Positions 8,234-18,068 of a stretch of 28,759 bases of DNA are shown here, in pieces. Both the position numbers and the translations under genes were made by a program. The first letter of the stretch is position 1. Each line of letters opens with the position of its first letter. Origin of the DNA: Methanocella sp. (GTDB lineage: Archaea > Thermoproteota > Bathyarchaeia > Bathyarchaeales > Bathycorpusculaceae); the NCBI GenBank assembly GCA_050261115.1, contig JBLNCY010000066.1, positions 1 through 28,759 of the forward strand, in the 5' to 3' direction. The notes under the pieces were generated by a model. That model had not been told where the DNA came from. It saw only the letters and a program-made list of their open reading frames with translations, and made no database searches.

Positions 8234-8749
8234 TTGGTTTCCAGCAGTAGGCGTGTTTCTCATGGCGTTGTTGTTTGGTCTGGGAAACCCTGGGTTATCC
8301 CTGCGGCAATCTTTCGCACCGCTGCAATAGTTATCACCGCAATAATCGTTCTGTTTTTAGAAATGAACTTTGGATTTGCCTTAATAGTTATAGCTGGACT
8401 GCCAGTTTTCATGTGGACGCTACTCATATTCGTACTCATCTGGGTGTTGAGTCTACTGAATTTACTGATTTTCTGGGCAAGCCACATCTATGTGCTACGG
8501 CAGGATGGCTTAGAGGTGCGGCGAGGGATTATTCAGCTGCACTCATTTGTTGTGACACCCTCCGGCTTTGGGGATTTGGCGGTTTTTCAATCGTTTGGTG
8601 GCCGGATCTTTGGGTATGGGGATTTGACGATTAATTCACAGGGAGAGCGACATACGAAGCTTGCTCTGGTACGGGCACCGTATGTGACGGCTGATATAAT
8701 TCGGGACATTATGGGCAAACCAATCGTACGTATCGATGCTAAAGATTAA
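8234..8749 (+). CDS. Membrane protein with bacterial PH (bPH_2-like) domain
   Basis: Two TM helices followed by Y.L....LEVRRGII and QSFGGRIFGYGDLTI. Confidence 0.8.
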   Translation: MVSSSRRVSHGVVVWSGKPWVIPAAIFRTAAIVITAIIVLFLEMNFGFALIVIAGLPVFMWTLLIFVLIWVLSLLNLLIFWASHIYVLRQDGLEVRRGIIQLHSFVVTPSGFGDLAVFQSFGGRIFGYGDLTINSQGERHTKLALVRAPYVTADIIRDIMGKPIVRIDAKD

Positions 8750-8987
8750 AATTTTCGCTCAAAGCATACTGCAGCTACTTCGCTGCGTTGTCAACTTCCA
8801 CTATTAGCTAGAGTGGTGAACAAGCTAATCGTGTTGATAGCCTTCTCCTTTCTCCTCGCATGACCTCGCTCAGCCACGACCTGCTGCTCTAAAAATATAG
8901 TTCTAAGGTATTCATTTTAACAACGCTTCGCAGGTCCCAACGTATCAGAACTCGATAGATCTATGTTTCTACTGAGTCCTTACCTTT

Positions 8988-9952
8988 TCATTCAATAACC
9001 CGTTTTTGTCTAGACAGGAGAATGAATCGGTTTGTGTTAATTTCTTTTGATTTAATCGCCATGGCGGCAACCGTTAGTAGGAAGAGCATAGAAGTAACTG
9101 ACAATGCCCCATAGACTAATGCTGCTATTTCACTTTGGAAAGCTAATTCGACTAATAGTGCAAAAATAGAAATCAGATAAAAGAGCAGCCCTGTGATAAA
9201 GAGATTGATGATTTTCGCGTTTTGTCTTAGTGCTAACAGGAGTACCTCTACTGCGCATAGTAGTACTCTTATGAGGAAAAATTGTCTATGTCTCTTTTCT
9301 GCTTGGCGTTCGCTTATAGGGAGCTTTAGGCTGTGTAGGCGGCGAGAAGTGGCCTCAAGAACGATGAATATCATCAGAGTTAAAACAGCCAGATTGATTA
9401 ATGCAAGTGTGAGGGATGAGAACTGGAGAGTCGTCAGGTAAGTTAGGTACAGGATTACGCTGTAGGCTAGAAAGTATGCTAAGGATATTCCTGCGATTAT
9501 GGTGCTTGAGAAAGCGTAGAGGTTGGCGATGTTTTTTTGGGCACAGAAAACCGTGTTAAACCATCTCTCAAGGGAATAACCCAATAAAAACGCAAGCAAT
9601 AGAAAAAATGAATAAAACAAGATGCCTAATGAGCCATACCGCAGCAGAAAGAACGCTGCAAAAGCAGTTATCCCAATCACGAGATACACCCAGCCGCGTA
9701 ATCTTTCAGTTATAATATCCCCATACTCGATTGCGCCCCTTACATACCCTACATAAACGGGTAACCCCACACCAAGTAACAGTATTGGGGAAATTTCGAT
9801 AAAGCCAATATTCCAATAGTTAAGACTTGAATGATAGTGAATAGCAGACCTATGGTGCTTATTGTGAAAAGAAAAAGATCATCAAGCCTTTCCAGTTTAT
9901 TATTCCATTCTGGGGTTAATTCATGATTGCAGCAAAAATCCGAACAGGACAC
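8988..9952 (-). pseudogene. Multi-pass membrane protein split by a frameshift near 9815
   Basis: The 9749-9952 ORF (…LFTIIQVLTIG) continues sensibly in the frame of ORF 8988-9770 (NIGFIEISPILLLGVGLPVYVG), giving continuous TM helices. Confidence 0.6.
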
Positions 9953-10085
9953 CTGTTATGCCCTAGGAATAATTTGGGTTTGATTAATAATAGCTTTCTT
10001 GGCGTTTAGCTTCCCTTTCACCGGTTGGTTGAGGCAAAATCAGGTTTATTAGCGGCGACTTGGAATAAAAAAGTCTGATAGTGCC

Positions 10086-11330
10086 ATGTCTGAGATAAAG
10101 TCTGAAGCGCAACGTTGCTTAAAATGCAAAGTTTCTGGTTGCTCGAAAGGTTGCCCCGTCTCGACCCCTGTTCCGCAGGTACTCAACCTATTTCTAGAGG
10201 GCAAACTTCGAGAGGCAGGCGAAGTACTTTTCAACAACAACCCTCTATCAGCCGTAACATCCATAGTTTGCCCCCATGACCGCAACTGTAAAGGCAACTG
10301 CATACTCGGCAAAAAAGGGCAGCCTGTTGAATTCTACAAGGTAGAACAGTACATTTCAGGCTTCTATTTAGAAACATATCAGCCGCCCGCCATCCAGAAG
10401 AACGGTAAAAAAGTCGCTGTGGTCGGCGCTGGCCCAGCTGGGATAACCATGAGCATTGTTTTAGCCCAAAAAGGCTACTCCGTTACCCTCTTTGACGCGA
10501 TGGACAGCATTGGCGGCACACTCCGCTATGGTATCCCCGAATTCAGACTCCCCAAAAGCATCCTTGGCACATACAAAAAAATCCTCGACGCACTCGACGT
10601 TAAATTCCGCCCCAACACACGAATAGGCACAAACATCCAAACCGAAGACATGATCCTTGACGGCTACCAAGCCATCTTTCTCTGCACAGGCACCAGCCGA
10701 CCAAACCGCCTAGGCCTTCTGGGAGAGACTCTTGGGCATGTGCATTTTGCCATCGACTACTTGAAGTCACCCGACGCCTACCGACTAGGCAGAAAAGTTG
10801 CTATAATCGGCGCTGGCAACGTTGCAGTGGACGCTGCAAGAACCGCTATTCGAAAAAGCCATTCAGACGTAACCATACTTAACTATAAAGGACCTGAAGA
10901 TATGTCGGCTGATAAAGCAGAGCTTGAAATGGCACTAATCGATGGGGTGAAAATGCTTCATCACTGCCAAGCTGTCCAGATCGCCGACGATAGAGTTAAG
11001 TGCGTTAAGGTTCAGAAGGATGTGGCTGAGGATGGATCGGTGACGTTTACGGAGGACTATCAGGCTGCCTTTGAGGTGCCAGCTGATTCGGTTATAATCG
11101 CCATCGGTCAGGGCCCTGGCGCTGACTTGGCTAATGCTGGTGCTGTGAATGTTACCCGAAGTGGTCTTCTTGAGGTTGACGCGTTTGGGCAAACCTCCCA
11201 GAAGGGCGTATTTGCCGCGGGAGACATTGTGACTGGCCCTAAAACGGTTATTGAGGCTGTGGCTTTCGCCAAGAGGGTAGCTGCAAAAATCGACGAGTAC
11301 TGCCAAACATCCGGCCAAAGCCACTGTTAA
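10086..11330 (+). CDS. GltD/SudA/NfnB-like NAD(P)-dependent Fe-S flavin oxidoreductase
   Basis: RCLKC....CSKGCP, VCPHDRNCKGNC, VVGAGPAG, GGTLRYGIPEFRLP, IIGAGNVAVDAAR and GVFAAGD. Confidence 0.93.
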   Translation: MSEIKSEAQRCLKCKVSGCSKGCPVSTPVPQVLNLFLEGKLREAGEVLFNNNPLSAVTSIVCPHDRNCKGNCILGKKGQPVEFYKVEQYISGFYLETYQPPAIQKNGKKVAVVGAGPAGITMSIVLAQKGYSVTLFDAMDSIGGTLRYGIPEFRLPKSILGTYKKILDALDVKFRPNTRIGTNIQTEDMILDGYQAIFLCTGTSRPNRLGLLGETLGHVHFAIDYLKSPDAYRLGRKVAIIGAGNVAVDAARTAIRKSHSDVTILNYKGPEDMSADKAELEMALIDGVKMLHHCQAVQIADDRVKCVKVQKDVAEDGSVTFTEDYQAAFEVPADSVIIAIGQGPGADLANAGAVNVTRSGLLEVDAFGQTSQKGVFAAGDIVTGPKTVIEAVAFAKRVAAKIDEYCQTSGQSHC

Positions 11331-11408
11331 ACACACTTACTCGTACCTCTTTTGGTTTAACTAACATTTTTATGCAAAGGTGGTTATAGCTTAGTTGAGG
11401 TGTAATTT

Positions 11409-11696
11409 TTGCAGAACAATTCAAAGGTAGACCTTGATCAGGTTATTGCAGTGGATATGAACGCAAAAAGGGTTCTTGAGGTCCTTGCAGAGTTCAAGCC
11501 AGGTGAACTCGTGAGGGGCGAACAGATACAGCAAAAAACCGGCTTTTCCCCAGAGACTATTAACGGTGCAGTGAAGGTGTTGGAGAAGTCTCTGTTTGTG
11601 CAGAACCCCGATATTTCGGATTCAGCGCCGCCCTACGATTTTAAAGCGGTAGCTATAACCGATTTTGGGCGCCAAGTTCTCGAGCAGTACGGCTAG
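11409..11696 (+). CDS. Small winged-helix-like protein
   Basis: IQQKTGFSPETINGAVKVLEKSLFV…ITDFGR pattern; TTG start after GAGGTG. Confidence 0.65.
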   Translation: MQNNSKVDLDQVIAVDMNAKRVLEVLAEFKPGELVRGEQIQQKTGFSPETINGAVKVLEKSLFVQNPDISDSAPPYDFKAVAITDFGRQVLEQYG

Positions 11697-11726
11697 CCTA
11701 GTTGCGCTTCTGCCCATTCCGCCAAG

Positions 11727-11834
11727 TTAGATGAAAATTACCAGCACCACAATTTCTGCTATAACCGCCACTGTTAAGATGCGATTGAGGCGCTCTACCT
11801 TTTTTATCATACGCTCAAGCTCCTCGTTAGTCAC
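11727..11834 (-). CDS. 35-aa tail-anchored membrane microprotein
   Basis: Manual translation MTNEELERMIKKVERLNRILTVAVIAEIVVLVIFI. GTG start after GGTGGTGA, 14 nt downstream of the previous stop. Confidence 0.7.
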   Translation of the reverse strand: MTNEELERMIKKVERLNRILTVAVIAEIVVLVIFI

Positions 11835-11848
11835 CCATTCACCACCGT

Positions 11849-12082
11849 CTAGACGAACGCAATTATTATAAGAACTGCAAAGATGGCTAAGCCTAATCCA
11901 GCTGCGGCATAACTCAGCAACTCGGTTCTTCGCAGAGCCTTCTCTAGCCGTGCGTTTAGCTGTTTGGTATTTTTGTCTGTGTCTACTGCTTTATTGGGGG
12001 TGGTTGTGATTACGGCGTTGCAGGTTTCACAGACAACCCTGTCTTCGTCAATGTTCTCGCCGCATTGTGGACAAACAGCCAA
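11849..12082 (-). CDS. Zinc-ribbon protein with C-terminal TM helix
   Basis: CPQCG…CETC, a charged helix and a hydrophobic C-terminus. TTG at 12082 follows GGAGGG. Confidence 0.8.
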   Translation of the reverse strand: MAVCPQCGENIDEDRVVCETCNAVITTTPNKAVDTDKNTKQLNARLEKALRRTELLSYAAAGLGLAIFAVLIIIAFV

Positions 12083-12228
12083 CTTGATTACCCTCCATAT
12101 ACCCATAGCGGAACAGAAATTATAGCTTTCCTATCTTTAGACGCAGATCACCTGTTTACCGTAAGGAATAAATCGCCAACCAGTCACCATTTCAACGATT
12201 AACTCTCCACGCTAAATGGAGACAGCCA

Positions 12229-13173
12229 ATGAATCTACCGCTAAACAGAAACACCGCGATAATTTCAGTCATCATTTTAGCATTAATCCTTAACTTCTCG
12301 ATATTCCTCAAAGCGTACCCCGAGACGTTTGTACCCCAAACTCCGACTCTGGAGCGAGACTTCTCAGCTTACTATATGGGTGCCTGGCGACTCTTCAACA
12401 ACCCCAGCCAAGTTTACTACGACGGCAGCTTACCCGGCGATTACCCATTAGTTGGGGCACCGCAACCTTTCAAGTACCTGCCTAATTTTCTGATTTGGTT
12501 TTCGCCTTTTTTGTTGCTAAGCTACCAGAATGCGCTTAACGCTTTTGACATCCTGATGTTTCTCTCTATGATACCGCTGGCTTTCTTTGTTTATAGGCTG
12601 GTGCATGGAAAGAACCTGTTTCTCTCTGTAGCCGTCGTTTTGATTGTGTTGCTTCAGCCTATTCTGATTTCGCCCTCAATCGGCTATGATGACTTGAACT
12701 TTCTGCATTACCGCATCATTAGTCTCGATGTTCAAACCATCTCTCCCAGCTACCTCTGTGGATATACACTAGCAAACGCTCATGTCCTTCAAAACACGCT
12801 CTTAGTCGGCGCCATATACTTCGCCTACATAAAAAAGCCGCTGATATCTGCATTGCTACTCACGTTTGCGGCGTTTGATCCGCGTGTTGCATTGGTTGCC
12901 CTTCCGTTGTTGCTGTGGTACAATCGAGAGTCGCTGGTAAAGTTTGTTGGGGGCACGGCGGTTCTGCTTTTAGCGACCAACCTGCCCATATTTTTGTACG
13001 GCGGGGTTGGAGAGTCGTTTCTGAGTATGGTTGTCCATGCTTCGGTTGTTTCTCAGATGTACCTATACGAGTATATTCCGCTCTACGCTATTGGCGCTTT
13101 AACCTTACTAGAGCTGGTGACGGAAATCAGCAAGAGGCGAATCAAAAATCGCAAGGTACCCCTAAAGAGGTAG
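12229..13173 (+). CDS. GT87/DUF2029-like membrane glycosyltransferase (GT-C fold)
   Basis: RDFSAYY.GA..L and FKYLP.F..WFSPF..L.Y, followed by multiple TM helices. Confidence 0.7.
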   Translation: MNLPLNRNTAIISVIILALILNFSIFLKAYPETFVPQTPTLERDFSAYYMGAWRLFNNPSQVYYDGSLPGDYPLVGAPQPFKYLPNFLIWFSPFLLLSYQNALNAFDILMFLSMIPLAFFVYRLVHGKNLFLSVAVVLIVLLQPILISPSIGYDDLNFLHYRIISLDVQTISPSYLCGYTLANAHVLQNTLLVGAIYFAYIKKPLISALLLTFAAFDPRVALVALPLLLWYNRESLVKFVGGTAVLLLATNLPIFLYGGVGESFLSMVVHASVVSQMYLYEYIPLYAIGALTLLELVTEISKRRIKNRKVPLKR

Positions 13174-13338
13174 ACGGTTGATTTAGTACTAAAAACGTGG
13201 ACATCAAGCAGCTTAAACATAGCGTGGTTACGTTTTAGAAGAACAGACGATAGTATTGGAGGGAAAGAGTAGAGAACTTTTATCTAATAGTCACATGAAA
13301 GAAGTGTACTTAGGCGTGTAGAGCGAGGGAGAGAAAGG

Positions 13339-14658
13339 ATGGCCGACGGTAAATATTGGAACCGAGAAATCGAAACTATGCCCCGAGCGGACATACAAAA
13401 AATCCAACTACAGAAACTCAAAGAACTTGTCAAGTACTGCTATGAAAACAGCAGATTTTACCGCAAAAAATTCGATGATGTCGGCCTAAAACCCACCGAT
13501 ATCCAAACATTAGCAGACCTCAAAAAGATCCCCTTCACAGTAAAAAACGACCTAAGAGACAGCTATCCTTATGGCATGGTTACCACTAAACCCGAAGACA
13601 TCATAGAAATCCATGCCTCAAGCGGAACGACAGGCAACCCCATTGTCGGTGCCTATACAAAAAACGACATGGACGTCTGGTCTGAACTCATGGCAAGATG
13701 CCTCTACACCTCCGGCAACAGACCCGGGGACATCATTCACGTGTCCTATGGTTATGGGTTATTCACTGGCGGATTAGGCATGCACTATGGAGTACAAAAG
13801 CTCGGTGCACGAGTAGTTCCAGCCAGCGGCGGCATGACCCAGCGCCAAATCAAACTCATGAAAGACCTCGGCGCCACCACCATCGCATGTACCCCCAGCT
13901 TTGCTGTGTACCTTGCGGAAACCATGGCGCAAGAGGGCGTAGACCCCAAAAAGGACCTCAAGCTAAAACGCGGCATATTTGGCGCCGAACCCTGGTCGGA
14001 CAAGATTCGGGAGCGCATCGAGGCGGAGTTGGGGTTAGAAGCTTTTGATATTTACGGGTTAACTGAACTGTGCGGTCCAGGTGTTTCTATTGAATGCGAG
14101 GAGCATGCGGGGTTGCATGTCTGGGAGGATCACTTTATAGTTGAAACCATTGATCCTGAGACTGGCGAAAACGTGGCGCCCGGAGAAGAAGGCGAACTCG
14201 TCTTTACAACTTTGACAAAGACGGGGATGCCTATGCTGCGTTACCGTACACGCGACATCTCAAGGCTGGTAACGGAACCCTGTAAATGCGGCTGTACGCA
14301 TACGCGTATGATGCGGGTTAGCGGCCGAAGCGACGACATGCTAATCATCAGAGGCGTAAACGTGTTCCCCTCCCAAATCGAGTACGCCGTTATGTGTTTC
14401 CCCGAACTCGCCGCTCAGTACCTCATAGTTGTCGACCGTCCAGGTGCCCTTGACAGCTTTGTCATTAAAGTCGAGTTATGCGAGAAGGCAGCCTGCAACC
14501 CCAAGATTGACATTGTCAGCTTAAAGCGTGAAATCGCCGGCAAAATCCAGGTAGTTACGGGAATTTCTGCAGAGATAGAAATCGTTAAGCCCGGCGAGCT
14601 GCCCCGAACCGAAGGGAAAGCTAAGCGGGTAATGGATTTACGTAAGGGCAAAATGTAG
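13339..14658 (+). CDS. paaK: Phenylacetate--CoA ligase
   Basis: HASSGTTG, YGYGLFTGG, FGAEPWS, DIYGLTE, RYRTRD, GRSDDMLIIRGVNVFPSQIE and EGKAKRV. Confidence 0.96.
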   Translation: MADGKYWNREIETMPRADIQKIQLQKLKELVKYCYENSRFYRKKFDDVGLKPTDIQTLADLKKIPFTVKNDLRDSYPYGMVTTKPEDIIEIHASSGTTGNPIVGAYTKNDMDVWSELMARCLYTSGNRPGDIIHVSYGYGLFTGGLGMHYGVQKLGARVVPASGGMTQRQIKLMKDLGATTIACTPSFAVYLAETMAQEGVDPKKDLKLKRGIFGAEPWSDKIRERIEAELGLEAFDIYGLTELCGPGVSIECEEHAGLHVWEDHFIVETIDPETGENVAPGEEGELVFTTLTKTGMPMLRYRTRDISRLVTEPCKCGCTHTRMMRVSGRSDDMLIIRGVNVFPSQIEYAVMCFPELAAQYLIVVDRPGALDSFVIKVELCEKAACNPKIDIVSLKREIAGKIQVVTGISAEIEIVKPGELPRTEGKAKRVMDLRKGKM

Positions 14659-14670
14659 TGGATAAGACTT

Positions 14671-16863
14671 ATGGGTAGCAAGATTACTGTAGATAAGCCG
14701 GGCAGTTATGTCCTGCTTAACGGCGACGAGGCAGTTGCCCGTGGCGCTATCGAGGCTTCACTTAAAGTTGCAGCCGCCTACCCCGGTACGCCTTCTACAG
14801 AAATCTTAGAGACGCTGGCCTCGGTTTCTAAAGAGGTCGGTTTGTATTCGGAATGGAGCATAAACGAAATCGTCGCCGCCGAAGTAGCCGCTGGCGCATC
14901 CATGGCAGGTGTACGCGCGTTAACCTCCATGAAGCATGTGGGGCTTAACGTTGCAGCGGATGCCGTCATGACCTTAGCCTACACGGGCGTCGAGGGCGGC
15001 TTAGTAATCGTAGTATGCGACGACCCCGCCTTGCATAGTAGCCAAAACGAACAAGACACCAGATACTTTGCGGTCCACGCCAAACTACCCCTGCTTGATG
15101 CCGGTAACCCTCAAGAAGCCCACGACATGGCAAAAGAAGCTTTTGAAATCAGCGAAAAACTCCATCTGCCAGTCATCCTTCGCTTAACCACAAGAGTTGC
15201 ACACGGGAAAGCCCGGGTAAAACTAGGTCACTTCACCAACATCCATCGCAAAGCCGACTTCGACAAGAACGGCAGCCGCTGGGTCATGATCCCAGCAAAC
15301 GCCATACGCCAACACCGCGTACTAGAAGTTCGCTTGGCACAAGCCAAAACCATGGCAAACCACTCGCACTTCAACACAATAGAAGACAACGGCGCCGAAA
15401 TCGGCATCATTGGAAGCGGCGTAGGCTACTACTATGCCCGCAGCGTGCTTGACACCAAAAAGTTTTCTTGGCTAAAACTCGGCTTCGTTCATCCCTTCCC
15501 TCAGGAGATCGTGCGGCGATTTGCACTTAAAGTTAAAAAAATCATAGTTATAGAGGAACTTAGGCCTTATCTGGAGGAGAACATTCAGCGGCTAGGCATA
15601 CCGTTTGCTGGCAAAAACGAGTTGGGTTTAGAGGAAATCGGAGAGTTAACCCCTGACAATGTACGCGTCGCCTTAGCTAACTATGGCTTAACCCAACACG
15701 CACCAGAACCCCCGCGGCCCGAATTGCCCCAACGACCCCCCGCGCTTTGCCCCGGATGCCCCCACCGCGCCTTCTACTACGCGCTAAATGCCGCTAACCA
15801 ACACATAGAATGCAATAGCGACAAATGCGTCGGCTGTGACATCTGCGAATACGCCTGCTCCTTTGAGAAAGAAGGCGTCTTCAACCCGCTTAAGTCACGC
15901 ATCCGCTCGGTGCGCATGAATCTAACATTTAACTCGGCAATTACCTGTAAAGCCTGCATCAATGCTCCCTGCGTTGCGGCTTGTCCTGAAGAGGCACTCA
16001 CACAATCTCTCCAAACAGGCGTCGTAACTGTTGACCAGACGAAATGTAAGGGCTGTGACTGGTGTATAGAAGCCTGCAAATACGGCGCCCTCACTTTACA
16101 TCCAACCACCAAGAAACCCCAAATCTGCGACACCTGTGACGGCGAACCCAAATGCGTCTCCGCCTGCCCCGAGAGCGCCTTGAGCCTCGTCGGTAGACCT
16201 AACGATAAAATCGTTGCGGGTGACATTGGCTGCTACACGCTTGGTGTGCTGCCCCCTTTGAGCGCGGTTCAGACCTGTCTCTGTATGGGCGGAGGCATCG
16301 GGCAAGCCGCAGGCATGTACCATGCAGGTGTAAAAGACAAAGTCTTTGCCGTTTTGGGGGACTCCACGTTTTTCCATGCAGGCATGCCCAACCTGCTCAA
16401 TATAGTCTACAACAGAGCCAACGTATGTGTAGTTGTAATGGATAATAGTGTCATCGCGATGACGGGGCATCAGCCGACGCCGGGTTCAGGGAAAACTGCA
16501 ATGGGCGACGTAGCTGCAATAGTTGATATCGAAAAAATTGTTCGCGCAGTTGGAATCCAGAAAGTCATAACCGTAGACCCCTATGACATCCACGCTGCAA
16601 CTGCCGCAGTCAAGGAGATGGTTGACTATAAGGGGCCTTCAGTCATCATATCCAAACGCACCTGCCCCCTGCTAACCGAGAGAGGTAGACCCTATGAAGT
16701 CACCGATAAATGCAACAACTGCGGTGTCTGCACCAAATCCTACGGTTGTCCCGCCATATCAGTAGCAAACGGGAAAGCCAAAATCGACATGACCCTATGT
16801 AGTGGCTGTGGCGTCTGCAAAAAAGTGTGTCCTTTTGGCGCAATCAGGAGAAAAGAGCCATGA
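14671..16863 (+). CDS. iorA: Indolepyruvate:ferredoxin oxidoreductase alpha subunit with an inserted polyferredoxin domain
   Basis: AYPGTPSTEI, MKHVGLNVAAD, SSQNEQD, RPPALCPGCPHR, GDIGCY, GDSTFFH…N, AMTGHQP and a C-terminal 2x[4Fe-4S] domain. Confidence 0.95.
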   Translation: MGSKITVDKPGSYVLLNGDEAVARGAIEASLKVAAAYPGTPSTEILETLASVSKEVGLYSEWSINEIVAAEVAAGASMAGVRALTSMKHVGLNVAADAVMTLAYTGVEGGLVIVVCDDPALHSSQNEQDTRYFAVHAKLPLLDAGNPQEAHDMAKEAFEISEKLHLPVILRLTTRVAHGKARVKLGHFTNIHRKADFDKNGSRWVMIPANAIRQHRVLEVRLAQAKTMANHSHFNTIEDNGAEIGIIGSGVGYYYARSVLDTKKFSWLKLGFVHPFPQEIVRRFALKVKKIIVIEELRPYLEENIQRLGIPFAGKNELGLEEIGELTPDNVRVALANYGLTQHAPEPPRPELPQRPPALCPGCPHRAFYYALNAANQHIECNSDKCVGCDICEYACSFEKEGVFNPLKSRIRSVRMNLTFNSAITCKACINAPCVAACPEEALTQSLQTGVVTVDQTKCKGCDWCIEACKYGALTLHPTTKKPQICDTCDGEPKCVSACPESALSLVGRPNDKIVAGDIGCYTLGVLPPLSAVQTCLCMGGGIGQAAGMYHAGVKDKVFAVLGDSTFFHAGMPNLLNIVYNRANVCVVVMDNSVIAMTGHQPTPGSGKTAMGDVAAIVDIEKIVRAVGIQKVITVDPYDIHAATAAVKEMVDYKGPSVIISKRTCPLLTERGRPYEVTDKCNNCGVCTKSYGCPAISVANGKAKIDMTLCSGCGVCKKVCPFGAIRRKEP

Positions 16864-17453
16864 AAAAGCTGGACATAGTTTTTAGCGGCGTGGGAGGCCA
16901 AGGGGTAGTTGTTTTAAGCGACATTTACTGTGAGGCGGCGATGCTTGACGGCTTTGATGTAGCTAAAGCAGAGATTCATGGCATGGCCCAACGCGGCGGC
17001 TCCATAGTAGCATACACGCGCATCGGTGACAAGGTGGAGGCACCCCTAATCGAAACAGGCAAAGCTGACGCCATTATCGGGTTTGAAGTGCTAGAGACCG
17101 CTAGGGTGTTGCCCATGCTAAAGCCCAACGGGTCTGTGGTTGTGAACAAGAAGTATATTCCGCCCATCTGTACCGGTAAGGGCGTTAAACCGAAAACTGC
17201 CCAGGAACTGATAGACTTGATATCCGCAAAGGCGCCGAATGCTTATCTGGTTGACGGCACAGGCATAGCCCTCAAAGTAGGCAACCCGTTGGTTGTTAAT
17301 ACTGTTCTGCTGGGTGCTCTTTCAGCGTTACCCGAGACGCCGGTGCAGCGGGAGTCATTTGAGAGGGCAATGGCGCTTAGACTAAAAGAGAAGTATCTCA
17401 GCGTTAACTTACGAGCGTTCCAGATGGGCCGTGAAACCATACAAAGCCAATAA
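16860..17453 (+). CDS. iorB: Indolepyruvate:ferredoxin oxidoreductase beta subunit
   Basis: GVGGQG, EIHGMAQRGGS and NTVLLGAL; ATGA overlap with iorA. Confidence 0.95.
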   Translation: MKKLDIVFSGVGGQGVVVLSDIYCEAAMLDGFDVAKAEIHGMAQRGGSIVAYTRIGDKVEAPLIETGKADAIIGFEVLETARVLPMLKPNGSVVVNKKYIPPICTGKGVKPKTAQELIDLISAKAPNAYLVDGTGIALKVGNPLVVNTVLLGALSALPETPVQRESFERAMALRLKEKYLSVNLRAFQMGRETIQSQ

Positions 17454-17534
17454 TCGCGGTATTTGGATGCTCTCGTTTATTCCCCAAAACTTATAACCGC
17501 CCCAAGGAAACCCAAAACAGACGGAGGCTAAGCA

Positions 17535-17909
17535 ATGAAGGGAACCGATTACTACGCGGAATACTTAGGCATTAAACTCCTCGAATCAAAGGATGGCTAC
17601 TGCAAAGTCACCATGCAAGTACAGAAGAACCACACAAACGCCTACGGCATGACACATGGCGGCGTACTGTTCTCGCTGGCCGACTACGCGTTTGCGCAAG
17701 CATGCAACTACGGCGAAAACATGGCAGTAGCTCTACAGGCCAGCATAAACTACCTCAAAGCAACCAGCGAAGGCGACGTGCTAACGGCTGAAGCACAGCG
17801 GGTTTCTGAGGGGCGCACCACGGGTTTGTATCATGTTACGGTTCGTAAGGATGAGACGGCAGTGGCCTTCTTTTCGGGTGTAGCCTACAAAAAAGCTCGT
17901 GCGGTATAA
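17535..17909 (+). CDS. paaI: PaaI-family hotdog-fold thioesterase
   Basis: N..G.THGGVLFSLADYAFA.ACN and INYLK; GGAGG ribosome-binding site. Confidence 0.92.
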   Translation: MKGTDYYAEYLGIKLLESKDGYCKVTMQVQKNHTNAYGMTHGGVLFSLADYAFAQACNYGENMAVALQASINYLKATSEGDVLTAEAQRVSEGRTTGLYHVTVRKDETAVAFFSGVAYKKARAV

Positions 17910-18013
17910 TCTTTCTATATAAGGGAGGTCGGTCTCTGTATGAGCACAACGCTGACTCTCATAATTTGGCTTCTAGGGCAAACTGGAAAGAAAATGTGCC
18001 CGTTTGAAGATAA

Positions 18014-18036
18014 ATACAAAAAATAAAAAAGAAAAT
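18014..18036 (-). terminator. T-tract terminator after the CxxC-x17-CxxC gene
   Basis: Successive T runs on the minus strand about 35 nt after the stop; typical archaeal oligo-T terminator. Confidence 0.55.
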
Positions 18037-18068
18037 TACTTAGTGACGAAAGATGCATAAGCTTACGC

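Noticed and set aside
8750-8987. Purine-rich RBS-like stretch and tiny ORFs on the minus strand
   Set aside because: ORFs are under 20 codons, with no convincing start context or structure.
10245-10280. Thr in place of a Cys in AVTSIVCP of the oxidoreductase
   Set aside because: GltD-family proteins commonly have TGRVCP here, so it is not anomalous.
15799-16191. Intein or mobile element as the IorA insertion
   Set aside because: No C-terminal HN plus C/S/T splice junction and no endonuclease motifs; the insert is clearly ferredoxin-like.
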